Assembly: GCA_043803685.1 (NCBI GenBank)
Contig: JAZDJU010000005.1
Location: forward strand, 1 to 64,000
DNA: 64,000 nucleotides
Reading direction: 5' to 3'
Source of the DNA: Candidatus Omnitrophota bacterium
Lineage (GTDB): Bacteria > Omnitrophota > Omnitrophia > Omnitrophales > Aquincolibacteriaceae
Below the pieces are notes generated by a model. That model was not told where the DNA came from and searched no databases. It saw only the letters and a list, made by a program, of their open reading frames with translations. A program made the position numbers and the translations under genes. Every line of letters starts with the position of its first letter. Within the stretch, counting starts at the first letter, position 1. Below, piece by piece: positions 48,941 to 58,066 of the stretch.

Positions 48941-49465
48941 GTGAACCCTCTTTTCGTGTATCTCTCGCTCTTGTTTTTCTCGCCGCTTTTTATTTTCTTA
49001 ACGCATATGGTGGTGGCCCGTTCTTCCATGGCGCTGCGACTTAAGATCCAGCCGCTCATGACCGGGGTGTTTGCCGTCGTCATAACGTTTGCCTGGGTTG
49101 CGTCTCTTGCGTGGCTCAGTTTTCTTGGCCGTATCCCGGCTTTCTCCGGAATGGGGGTTGCGGTTCTATACGGTATTTTGACTTACACAGGACTCGCCTT
49201 TTGCTATTTTCAGGTCTTTGCGATGACCGAGACTGCCCGTCGCCTCCGCATTCTCTATGAGCTCTATACGCGGAAGGAGACGACCCTCTCTCAGCTTGAC
49301 GCGGATTACGGGGCCTCGCGGATGCTCGAGACGCGTCTTGCGCGCATGGTAGAGATCGGACAGTTAGGCTATGATGGCCAGCGGTACACGCTTCGTCGGA
49401 CGCTCCTGCTTCGCGTCGGACAACTCATGTCCTTCTGGGCGAAAGTTCTGGGATTCAAAAGCTGA
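48941..49465 (+). CDS. Hypothetical membrane protein with C-terminal winged-helix-like region (probable paralog of the preceding gene)
   Basis: About 3 hydrophobic helices, then TARRLRILYEL..TLSQL..RLARM..GQL..DGQRYTL. Confidence 0.6.
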   Translation: MNPLFVYLSLLFFSPLFIFLTHMVVARSSMALRLKIQPLMTGVFAVVITFAWVASLAWLSFLGRIPAFSGMGVAVLYGILTYTGLAFCYFQVFAMTETARRLRILYELYTRKETTLSQLDADYGASRMLETRLARMVEIGQLGYDGQRYTLRRTLLLRVGQLMSFWAKVLGFKS

Positions 49466-49469
49466 AAGT

Positions 49470-50003
49470 ATGAAACCACTTCTAAGTCACGTGCTTCGCG
49501 ACCATGTCCTGCTCGGCGCTCTCGCGAGTCTTGTGATGCTGCCTTTTTATGGATGGTCCGGCTGCGCGCTTTTCTTTCTGGCAAATATTCTGATCGATCT
49601 GGACCATTACGCGTTCTTCCTCTGGAAGACCCGTCTCCGGTACTGGGATCCGGCGACCATGTTTCGCTTCTTCGAAGAGGTCCACAGCCGTTGCTATCGT
49701 CCCGAGTTCCTTGTCGTGGAACCCATCCATACGGTCGAGATATTTGCATTGCTCGCTCTCGGAGCTTTCTTTGGGGGAGGTCTCTTCGTGCCGGTTTTCG
49801 CGGGGTTTTTCTTTCACGCGGTCGTGGATATCATTCACCTTCACCGACTCCGCATCCTGACGAAGCGCTGCCATAGTTTGATCGAGTATTTCTGGCGAAG
49901 CGCGTGTCAACGCCGCAGGGGGATGGATCCGGCGGTGATCGATCAGGAAGCGATGGCAGCTGCGGGGCTTTTGCCGGCGGCGGCTGACGTTTCGATCCGG
50001 TAA
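49470..50003 (+). CDS. Membrane-bound metal-dependent hydrolase-like protein (YdjM/DUF457-like)
   Basis: H..(N-term), LIDLDH, PIHTVE, HAVVD pattern within hydrophobic helices. Confidence 0.6.
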   Translation: MKPLLSHVLRDHVLLGALASLVMLPFYGWSGCALFFLANILIDLDHYAFFLWKTRLRYWDPATMFRFFEEVHSRCYRPEFLVVEPIHTVEIFALLALGAFFGGGLFVPVFAGFFFHAVVDIIHLHRLRILTKRCHSLIEYFWRSACQRRRGMDPAVIDQEAMAAAGLLPAAADVSIR

Positions 50004-51670
50004 ACGAAGATCTTCTGGTTCTTCGCGCGTCCCGTCAGGTTTTGCAATAGACGGAACCAACGAAAGATTAGCGGTTTCGCGTCAACGAGGTCATATTCCT
50101 TCCACAAGGTCGGCGCCATTCCCGCGTTTTGAAGCTCCTGCAGACGCGCCGCGCTTGCGGATCGCGTCATAAAATAAAGGACTCCTTCCCGGGAGAGTTT
50201 ATCCTTGGCCGTCGAAAGCCATTCCGGAGGAAGTTCGTACCAGTCGATTATGACGAATCGTGTCTCGAGCTCCTGGTGTTTTCTGTAGAGGTCCCATCCC
50301 TTCGGTTCTGTTCCGAGCGTCGCTTTGTGAATATCGTTCCCGATCCGGACCACGGCGTCCTGCATGCCCCCAAAATGCGCCGCAAGTTTTGTATAGCTCA
50401 GGAAATTGAGGAAAAGCGTGATAGCGATCACGATCGCGAGCAAGGCCCGGAATATTTGGGACTCGGCTTTTCCGGAAAAGAACCGCTCTTCCCAAAGACG
50501 TGCCGAAAAAAAGAGAATGAAAAGGGAAGGGACGTAGGCGAAATTCAGGAAGCGGACGTCTCCCACCGAAGACCCGCTCGCGAACCCGGCCACGGTCGCG
50601 GCGAACCAGATCAGCATCATCCAATAGACCTGAGGAAAAAGGCCGGGGGCGTTCCCGGGAGTGTTTATTTTCTCGAAGCGGAACATGAGGAATGGCGTGA
50701 GCAGGATCGAGAGCCAGAAAAAGGCTCCGAGGATGCCCTTGTAATTCTCCGTGAAGGAACGAGGTTCTTTCTTGCTGAAAGGTTTCGTAAAGGGGAAGTG
50801 TCCTCCGGGGACATAAAATGTTCGCTCGATCATGTTCTTAACGCTGAATCCAAGGGAGGTCTTATCCTTCACGTTCAGGTCTTCCTGCTTTTGACTGACG
50901 TACGGACTGGCCTGGATGGCTTCCTTTGGGATCAGGGATTTGACGGGGATGACAAAAATGAGCGAGGCCGCGAGCATTCCCAGGACCACCGCGATCCGTT
51001 TCCAGGAAGTCCTGGAAAGAATGACTGGAAAACGCCACATCAGAAAGGCCGCGCACACGAAGGGGAGGATCTTTTCGCTGGATTTCAGTTTGATCGCGAG
51101 CCATACGCCCAGAAACCATGCGAGACCATGCAAAAGGAAAGCGCCGCGCGTCATCTTTGTGGAGGTCATACGACAGAAGCAGAGAAGCGTGGCGATACAC
51201 AGGACCGAAAGGAACTGCTGGAAATCTCCGGAAAAAGTCGAGGTCAGAGTGTAAAAATTGCTGGGGAAGCTGAGATACAGCGCGACGGCGAGCCATCCAT
51301 AGAGTTGTCTCTTGGTCCAGTGGCTGATCAGGACGAAAATGCAAAGGCAGAACAGCCCATACCCGACCGCGGCAGTGAGATGAAAGGGGATCAAGGAAGG
51401 TCCGAAGTGGTCAATGTAGACCTTCATCCAAAGGAACTGAAGGGGACGAAGGTATTCCATGAGGCCGGCCGGTGGATAGAACCAGGCCGGCGTGCGTGGG
51501 TCTGCGACTCGAAGCAGAAGATCCGTATAGGTGGAGACCGTGGCGCCCCTGAGATTGATGGTGAGATGGTCCGCGTTGAAATCCGTCGGGAGCCCCACCC
51601 AATAAATGGCGATAAACGCGAACGCCAGGAGAAAAACGATGAAACCTTGCCGCCAGATATGTTGAGGCAT
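49943..51670 (-). CDS. Polytopic membrane protein, probable GT-C fold
   Basis: DFNADH after TM1, YLRPL, PFH, KSSEK, RFLNF; many TMs. Confidence 0.6.
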   Translation of the reverse strand: MPQHIWRQGFIVFLLAFAFIAIYWVGLPTDFNADHLTINLRGATVSTYTDLLLRVADPRTPAWFYPPAGLMEYLRPLQFLWMKVYIDHFGPSLIPFHLTAAVGYGLFCLCIFVLISHWTKRQLYGWLAVALYLSFPSNFYTLTSTFSGDFQQFLSVLCIATLLCFCRMTSTKMTRGAFLLHGLAWFLGVWLAIKLKSSEKILPFVCAAFLMWRFPVILSRTSWKRIAVVLGMLAASLIFVIPVKSLIPKEAIQASPYVSQKQEDLNVKDKTSLGFSVKNMIERTFYVPGGHFPFTKPFSKKEPRSFTENYKGILGAFFWLSILLTPFLMFRFEKINTPGNAPGLFPQVYWMMLIWFAATVAGFASGSSVGDVRFLNFAYVPSLFILFFSARLWEERFFSGKAESQIFRALLAIVIAITLFLNFLSYTKLAAHFGGMQDAVVRIGNDIHKATLGTEPKGWDLYRKHQELETRFVIIDWYELPPEWLSTAKDKLSREGVLYFMTRSASAARLQELQNAGMAPTLWKEYDLVDAKPLIFRWFRLLQNLTGRAKNQKIFVYRIETSAAAGKSPAAAIAS

Positions 51671-51782
51671 GCGCCCTGTCCCGAGAATGTTCTAGATTGA
51701 ACGAAGGTCGCCATGATAGCATTGCGCTAGTTTTCTGTAGAGACAAATTTGTGCGATGCTCAAAAAACGATTCAAACCAATA

Positions 51783-53309
51783 ATGAAAATCACTCTCATA
51801 TCACCATTCCCAACTCTCGAAGCGATCGGTCTGCGGACTCTTTCCTCCTGCTTGAAGGACGAGGGGCACCGCGTGCAGATTCTGTTTTTGAGGAATGAGT
51901 TTTGGAAACGTTACGATCCTTCTGTGCTTCGAGAAGCGGCCGAGATAGCCCGAGGCTCCGGACTTGTTGGGATTTCCGTCATGACGAACTTTTTTGACAA
52001 TGCGATCGATATTACGGAGCAAATTCGAAAGATTTCTGATGTCCCGGTTCTCTGGGGAGGCATCCATCCGACCATTCGTCCCGAGGAAAGTTTGGCCTAT
52101 GCCGACATGGTCTGTTTTGGGGAAGGGGAGAATCCTCTGGTCGAACTGGCCCGAAAGATAGCGCATGGGCAGGACTATCGTGATACGCGGGGGCTGTGGT
52201 TTCGGACTCGCGATGCGATCATAAGAAATCCATTGCACTCAATTCGAGCAGATCTTGATTCCCTTCCGTTTCCCGATCTGGATTTTAAAGATCATTTTGT
52301 TTTGGATAAGAAGAGCATTAAGCCGATGGACCTTCTGTTAACCGAGAAGTATTTGGGCCGGGAGGATCGTGATTATATGATCCTGGCGTCGCGCGGATGT
52401 CCGTTTGGCTGCACCTATTGCGCGAACAATACGCTGCATGGTATCGATAAAGACTACCGAGTCGTTCGGAAAAGAAGCCCGGAGAATCTTATCCGTGAAT
52501 TGATCGCAGCGAAAACGAAGCTTCCTTATATCCAAAGCGTAAAATTTTCGGATGACGCATTTTTCACCTATTCGGAAAAGGAGATCATGCGTTTTTGCGA
52601 GAGTTACAAAAAAGACGTCAAGCTACCGCTGCGGATCAAGGGGATACACCCCTCGACTTGCAGCCGGTCCAAATTGCAGATGGTTGTCGATGCAGGCTGC
52701 GATGCCGTGCGTATGGGGGTTGAAACGTGCGCGGAGAGGACCAAGAGCCTCTACAAAAGACATTATTCAAACGACGTGATCATCCGTGCTGTGAATGTTA
52801 TCAATGAATTCCGCGATCGTATCCGTGATGTTCAATACGATGTCATTCTCGATAACCCATGGGAAAATGAGGAGGATCTGATCGAAACCCTGCTCTTTGT
52901 CGCAAAGTTCAAGCCGCCGTATTATCTTGCGCTTTTTTCCTTAACCTTTTATCCGGAGACCGAATTGTATCGTAAGGCAAAAAAGGAAGGATTGATCAAG
53001 GATGATTTGAATGATGTTTACCGGAAGTTTTATCGCACAACTCGAAATACATACATTAACCGTGTTTTTCATTTATTGAATCAATACGCGCTTAGGCGGC
53101 AACGGTTGTTCCCATGGCTGGTCTCGATTCTTGTGTCGCGTTTGTGGCGGCGGATCGGGGTCAGCTATCTGCTGTATTTTATCCTGCTGACGGAAATTAA
53201 ATTGAATCGTATGGTTCGTTTACTTGTAAGAGATGTGGGTGCGGTCGCGAGAGGTGATTTCAATTACCTGAAAAAGGGTCTGAGGCGAACCCTTGAATTT
53301 TTTCGCTAA
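51783..53309 (+). CDS. B12-binding radical SAM protein
   Basis: IGLRTLSSCL, WGGIHPT, GEGE, SRGCPFGCTYC, FSDDAF, FYPETELY. Confidence 0.92.
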   Translation: MKITLISPFPTLEAIGLRTLSSCLKDEGHRVQILFLRNEFWKRYDPSVLREAAEIARGSGLVGISVMTNFFDNAIDITEQIRKISDVPVLWGGIHPTIRPEESLAYADMVCFGEGENPLVELARKIAHGQDYRDTRGLWFRTRDAIIRNPLHSIRADLDSLPFPDLDFKDHFVLDKKSIKPMDLLLTEKYLGREDRDYMILASRGCPFGCTYCANNTLHGIDKDYRVVRKRSPENLIRELIAAKTKLPYIQSVKFSDDAFFTYSEKEIMRFCESYKKDVKLPLRIKGIHPSTCSRSKLQMVVDAGCDAVRMGVETCAERTKSLYKRHYSNDVIIRAVNVINEFRDRIRDVQYDVILDNPWENEEDLIETLLFVAKFKPPYYLALFSLTFYPETELYRKAKKEGLIKDDLNDVYRKFYRTTRNTYINRVFHLLNQYALRRQRLFPWLVSILVSRLWRRIGVSYLLYFILLTEIKLNRMVRLLVRDVGAVARGDFNYLKKGLRRTLEFFR

Positions 53310-53329
53310 AACCTCATCTATTTTTCATT

Positions 53330-54313
53330 ATGACTAAAAAATATGATCAAGTGATTATCAATATTGCGACTCCCAAGGACGACGACGAGCTTTTGGCGTT
53401 CCTTCGGGGATCCTACCCGACGCTAGGTTGGTCCGAGGATGTTTTTCGTTGGCAATATTACGAGAATCCTTCCGGGCCGATCCATCATTGGGTGGGGCGC
53501 GCAAACGGCAGGATTGTCGCGAGTTTTGCCGTTGCCCCGCATCCCATGCGCGTTTTTCAGCATCCAAAGATCGGCTGGCGGCCTCAGGATCTTTTGATCT
53601 CCCCGGAATATCGCGGGTTGGGTCTTTATCCGGCTCTCACGCAGAAGCTCAACGCATTCCTTGATAACCCGGAGTACCCTCTTAATTTTACTTTTCCAAA
53701 TCCCAACTCTCATCGCGGGTTCGTTAAGTCAGGGTGGAAGCTCGCGTTTCCGTTCCCGCTGTGGACTATCGATCGTTTGGCCGATGTTCCGGACGTCCCG
53801 GTCAATATCCAGGCAACACGGATCGAGGTTTTTGACATCGCCACGGATCGGATCTGGGGACAATATTCGAAGGGTTTGGACCTTATGATCGAACGGTCCG
53901 CCCGTCATATGAATTGGCGTTATTTTTCAAACCCGAAATCAAAGTATTCCGTCTTCAAACTTTCTCTTGGAGCGGATGAGGGAGTGATCGTCCTTAAATA
54001 TTATGACCGCGAGGACGGGACCCGGTGGTGCCACATTTGTGACCTTTTTTGTGCCACCGGAACTACGGAATTGTTCGAGGGCGCGCTCCGCTATGCTATC
54101 GGGTCCGCGAAGGAGCATGATTGCAATGCTTTGAGCGTCTGGTATGCGGCAAAGCCGGGAACGGAACCGCTGTTCGCCCGGAACCATTTTTTATTTCAGA
54201 AGGACCTTGATCGCTGGGTCGCTCTCTATGTGCATGAGGACCAGATCCCGGGAAAAACATATTGTTCGGAGCCCCGATGGCACTTGACCATGGGGGATAG
54301 CGACGTTTATTGA
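53330..54313 (+). CDS. GNAT-family N-acyltransferase
   Basis: WQYYENP, SPEYRGLGLY, FPNPNS..GF...GW, WRY..NP, GDSDVY. Confidence 0.8.
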   Translation: MTKKYDQVIINIATPKDDDELLAFLRGSYPTLGWSEDVFRWQYYENPSGPIHHWVGRANGRIVASFAVAPHPMRVFQHPKIGWRPQDLLISPEYRGLGLYPALTQKLNAFLDNPEYPLNFTFPNPNSHRGFVKSGWKLAFPFPLWTIDRLADVPDVPVNIQATRIEVFDIATDRIWGQYSKGLDLMIERSARHMNWRYFSNPKSKYSVFKLSLGADEGVIVLKYYDREDGTRWCHICDLFCATGTTELFEGALRYAIGSAKEHDCNALSVWYAAKPGTEPLFARNHFLFQKDLDRWVALYVHEDQIPGKTYCSEPRWHLTMGDSDVY

Positions 54314-54345
54314 CCCTGTTCCCGAAAGCATGAGGATGAAATACC

Positions 54346-55110
54346 ATGACGACTTGTGATTTCAGTTTTGCGCATTACCGGCGTATCCTTCAAACAGCCA
54401 TTAAAAGCGGCTACAAGTTCATTCGATTCGACGAATTGCGCGATCTGCCGCGCGGGCAAAAGGCGTGCGTTTTGCGACACGATGTCGATTATCTTCCCGA
54501 GCACGCGCCGTTTTTGAGCGAGATCGAGCTCAGTTTGGGGATCCGGGCCACTTACTTTTTTCAGATCTGCGCGCGGACCTACAACCTTCGTGAAGCCATG
54601 AATTACCGGATCGTTCGGGATCTGAAGAGGGCGGGGCATACAATAGGCCTGCATTTTGACATGACCTGGGATGCTGATGCAAAATGGGATGAATTTCCGA
54701 AGATCTGCCGCCGGGAGCAAGTCCTTTTCGAGAAGATCACGGGGGTCCGTCCCTGTAAGATCGTTTCCCACCACAATCCCCATCGTTTTACCGCCCAGGT
54801 CCTGAATTCCGTCACGCCCGGGATGCGTCACACCTACGAGCCTCAGTTTTTCAGCAAGATCAAATATCTTTCGGACAGCCAGGGGTGGTACGAGGGGTGC
54901 ATGTGCAAGATATTTGCTGCGGCAAAGTATCCCCGTATCCAGCTGTGCACGCATCCTTATATCTGGTCGAAAAAGCCCCAGAAGGATTTCATCGGGGACA
55001 TGACCCGGTTGATCAGGCGGCGTTCGGATGAGCTGCTGGAATATTGCATTACCTACCATCCCGTCTGCAAAAAGAACGAAGCTCGTTTGCGGCGGGAAGT
55101 TCAGCGCTGA
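54346..55110 (+). CDS. Polysaccharide deacetylase-like protein (WbmS-like)
   Basis: LRHDVD, ATYFF, GHTIGLHFD, SHHNP, YLSDS, QLCTHP. Confidence 0.75.
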   Translation: MTTCDFSFAHYRRILQTAIKSGYKFIRFDELRDLPRGQKACVLRHDVDYLPEHAPFLSEIELSLGIRATYFFQICARTYNLREAMNYRIVRDLKRAGHTIGLHFDMTWDADAKWDEFPKICRREQVLFEKITGVRPCKIVSHHNPHRFTAQVLNSVTPGMRHTYEPQFFSKIKYLSDSQGWYEGCMCKIFAAAKYPRIQLCTHPYIWSKKPQKDFIGDMTRLIRRRSDELLEYCITYHPVCKKNEARLRREVQR

Positions 55111-55205
55111 AGTGTCTGGCCGGGCGTGGGCGTCGTCTTTTGAGGAGAGGATAGCGTTTGAACTGCATTGACGTTTATTGACGGATAATGATACCATCCA
55201 TCTCT

Positions 55206-56360
55206 ATGAAAAGCATACCGTATTGTCGCCAATCTCTGGATGAATCGGACTTTAAGTCGGTCGCAAAGGCCCTTGGTTCAGATTATTTAACCCAGGGTCC
55301 CAAGGTCCGGGAATTTGAAGAGGCTCTGGCTGCGTATTGCGGTGCCCGCTATGCGGTTGCCGTTTCCAATGGTACCGCCGCGCTTCATTTGGCCGCCATC
55401 GCCGCGGGGCTTGGAAAAGGCGATGAGGCGATCACGAGTCCGATCACTTTCCTTGCGACCCCCAATGCCGCGCTTTATGTTGGAGCCAAGCCTGTATTCG
55501 CGGACATTGACTATTCGACCGTGAATATCGATCCAAAGGCCATTGAGGCAAAGCTCACTCGTAGAACAAAAGCCATCTTGCCCGTGGACATGGCTGGACT
55601 TCCCGCCGATATGGAGGCCATCTCAAAGATCGCAAAGCGACAGGGTCTCATGGTGATCGAGGACGCTTGCCATGCTTTGGGAGGCGAGTACAAAAAGGGG
55701 AAAGTCGGATCTTGCGCGTATTCAGATATGACCGTGTTCAGTTTCCATCCCGCAAAGCACATTACGACCGGGGAGGGTGGTTGCATTACGACCCATAGCA
55801 AGAAACTGTATGAGAAATTGTGTTCCCTGAGGAGTCACGGTGTCGCCCGGAAGGCCTCAACGCAGAGAAAAATGGGCGGTTGGTATTACGAAATGTCGGA
55901 GCTCGGCTGGAATTACCGTATCACGGACATCCAGTGCGCGTTGGGAATGTCTCAGCTTCGCAAACTCGACGGTTTTATCGATCGTCGCCGGAAGATCGCG
56001 AAAATGTATGACGCTGGTTTTGCAGATATGCCGGAACTAAGGGTTCCGTCACAAGAATCTCGCGGCGAAAAACATGTTTATCATCTATATCTTTTGCGAA
56101 TGTCGGAGTGCCATGCCGGGACGCGGCGTTCCCTCTATGATCATTTAAAGTCGAAAAACGTTCATTGCCAGGTTCACTATATTCCCGTTTACAGACAGCC
56201 TTACTACCGGAAAATGTTCGGCGATCTCAGCGCCTCCTGTCCGAATGCCGAACGCTACTATGGAGAGACTCTAAGTCTTCCCATGTTTTTTGGATTAAAA
56301 GACGCCGAAGCAAGATATGTGATCCGGACCGTTCGTGAGTTTTTCAAGGGGAAAGCTTGA
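55206..56360 (+). CDS. pseC: UDP-4-amino-4,6-dideoxy-AltNAc transaminase
   Basis: IPYCRQ, LTQGPKV, EDACHALG, FSFHPAKHITTGEGG, NYRITDIQCALG; pse context. Confidence 0.88.
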   Translation: MKSIPYCRQSLDESDFKSVAKALGSDYLTQGPKVREFEEALAAYCGARYAVAVSNGTAALHLAAIAAGLGKGDEAITSPITFLATPNAALYVGAKPVFADIDYSTVNIDPKAIEAKLTRRTKAILPVDMAGLPADMEAISKIAKRQGLMVIEDACHALGGEYKKGKVGSCAYSDMTVFSFHPAKHITTGEGGCITTHSKKLYEKLCSLRSHGVARKASTQRKMGGWYYEMSELGWNYRITDIQCALGMSQLRKLDGFIDRRRKIAKMYDAGFADMPELRVPSQESRGEKHVYHLYLLRMSECHAGTRRSLYDHLKSKNVHCQVHYIPVYRQPYYRKMFGDLSASCPNAERYYGETLSLPMFFGLKDAEARYVIRTVREFFKGKA

Positions 56361-57394
56361 TCGTGAGAAAGGTCGTGTTCCGAGCGGATGCCAGCGATCA
56401 GGTCGGCGCCGGGCATTTGATGCGTTCGGTCGCATTAGCTCAATATCTTCACAGCGTTGGGATCGAGGTTCTTTTCTTTACAGCCTCGATCGACACCAAG
56501 ATCCGCCAATATCTGGGGCGGCAGGGATTCCGGACCGAAGACCTCGACCTTCCTGTGGGGGAGTGCGGCACAGAGCTTGATCTTAGAAAAATGCTGACGC
56601 TATTGCCGAGTGATGCGGACTGGGTGATACTCGACAACGATTACTTTGGGTACAGTTACCAGAAGGCGATCCGGCAAAGCGGATCTTCGCTTCTCGTGAT
56701 TGATGATCGCAATGAACGCCAGTTCGACGCGGATCTGCTCGTCAATCACGCGCTTGACGCGGAGGGTTTAAGATACGATCTGCCTTTGGGAAAAACGCTT
56801 CTCGGGTCTTCTTTTGCCATGATCCGGCAAGAATTCATTCGCTATCCTTCGCGTCGCAAAAAAGGAGTGAAGAATCTTCTCGTCACATTAGGCGGCAGCA
56901 TTCAGTCTGAGACCGGTAAAAAGATCATGGCCGCAGTCCAGGGCCTTTCATTTGACGTGAGGGTCCTCGGAGGATTTTCCGAGGAACGACAGATATCCCA
57001 AACGGGGACGGGAAGGATCGAATGGATCCCGGCGACTCTGGAAGTAGCGCCGCATTATGATTGGGCGGACCTTGCGATCTGTGCCGGGGGGGGGACTTGC
57101 TGGGAGTTGTGCTTTTTCGGGATCGTGGGGATAGCCGGGGCTTTGGCCCCGCACCAGTTGTCTGTTGTTGGATCCTTGGAGCGCTACGGTCTTTTTCACG
57201 CGGTGGGTTCTTATGAAAAGGTTACGGCCGCCGGGATCGCCAAAGCGTTAGTGGATCTTGCGGGCGATCCGGGACGGCTTGAAGCACGGAGAGAAAAAGC
57301 GAAGGAACTGGTGGACGGAAAAGGGACTCAGCGGATCTGTGACGCTATGAGAGCGATCACTACCGCGCGCGGCAAAACACAAGATCTGTCATAA
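56357..57394 (+). CDS. pseG: UDP-2,4-diacylamido-trideoxy-altropyranose hydrolase
   Basis: FRADAS..VGAGHLMR, LDND, IDD, LVTLGGS, AGGGTCWE. Confidence 0.85.
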   Translation: MIVRKVVFRADASDQVGAGHLMRSVALAQYLHSVGIEVLFFTASIDTKIRQYLGRQGFRTEDLDLPVGECGTELDLRKMLTLLPSDADWVILDNDYFGYSYQKAIRQSGSSLLVIDDRNERQFDADLLVNHALDAEGLRYDLPLGKTLLGSSFAMIRQEFIRYPSRRKKGVKNLLVTLGGSIQSETGKKIMAAVQGLSFDVRVLGGFSEERQISQTGTGRIEWIPATLEVAPHYDWADLAICAGGGTCWELCFFGIVGIAGALAPHQLSVVGSLERYGLFHAVGSYEKVTAAGIAKALVDLAGDPGRLEARREKAKELVDGKGTQRICDAMRAITTARGKTQDLS

Positions 57395-57418
57395 CGTTAA
57401 TCTACACAGGGAGAGAAC

Positions 57419-58063
57419 ATGGCTACGGGAAAAACAGAACAGATGGCGCAATGGCAAGGTGACTTTGGCAAACAATATACGGATCGGAATACCATGCCCT
57501 ATGAGGAGTTCGAGAACTTCTATGTCAAACGGTTCGGTCTCACCCGGACTGCCATCAACCAAGGTTTCCTGGGTTCGATGGATCGCAATATTCGCATTCT
57601 GGAAGTGGGCGCCAATACCGGGAGTCAGCTTGCCTGTCTTCAAAGGATGGGGTTTACGAACCTCTACGGGATCGAGCTTCAACAGGGTGCGGTTGAAAAA
57701 GCGCATGAACTGACGCGGGGTATTCAGCTCATCCAGGGGACGGCGTTTGATATTCCGTTTAAAGACGGTTTTTTTGATCTTGTTTTTACCTCGGGGGTCT
57801 TGATCCATATTGCTCCCGCGGATCTTCCGAATGCTTTGAAAGAGATCTGCCGGTGTTCCCGCGATCTGATCTGGGGATTCGAGTACTGGGCCAAGGAAAT
57901 GACGGAAGTTAAATACCGGGGACATAACTCGCTTCTTTGGAAGGGAGACTACGCGGCGGAGTACCGTAAAGTCTGCAAAGGGCTTGCGCTAGTCAAGGAA
58001 GAGAAATTCCGTTATTTGGAAGAGCCGCTAGATGACTCGATGTTCCTGCTCAAAAAAGGCTGA
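57419..58063 (+). CDS. Pseudaminic-acid-biosynthesis-associated methyltransferase
   Basis: WQGDFGKQYTDRN, LEVGANTG, FTSGVLIHI, YRGH..LWKGD. Confidence 0.85.
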   Translation: MATGKTEQMAQWQGDFGKQYTDRNTMPYEEFENFYVKRFGLTRTAINQGFLGSMDRNIRILEVGANTGSQLACLQRMGFTNLYGIELQQGAVEKAHELTRGIQLIQGTAFDIPFKDGFFDLVFTSGVLIHIAPADLPNALKEICRCSRDLIWGFEYWAKEMTEVKYRGHNSLLWKGDYAAEYRKVCKGLALVKEEKFRYLEEPLDDSMFLLKKG

Positions 58064-58066
58064 TCC

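Noticed and set aside
50129..51700. 523-aa plus-strand ORF
   Set aside because: Antisense shadow of the 575-aa membrane protein; no motifs and atypical composition
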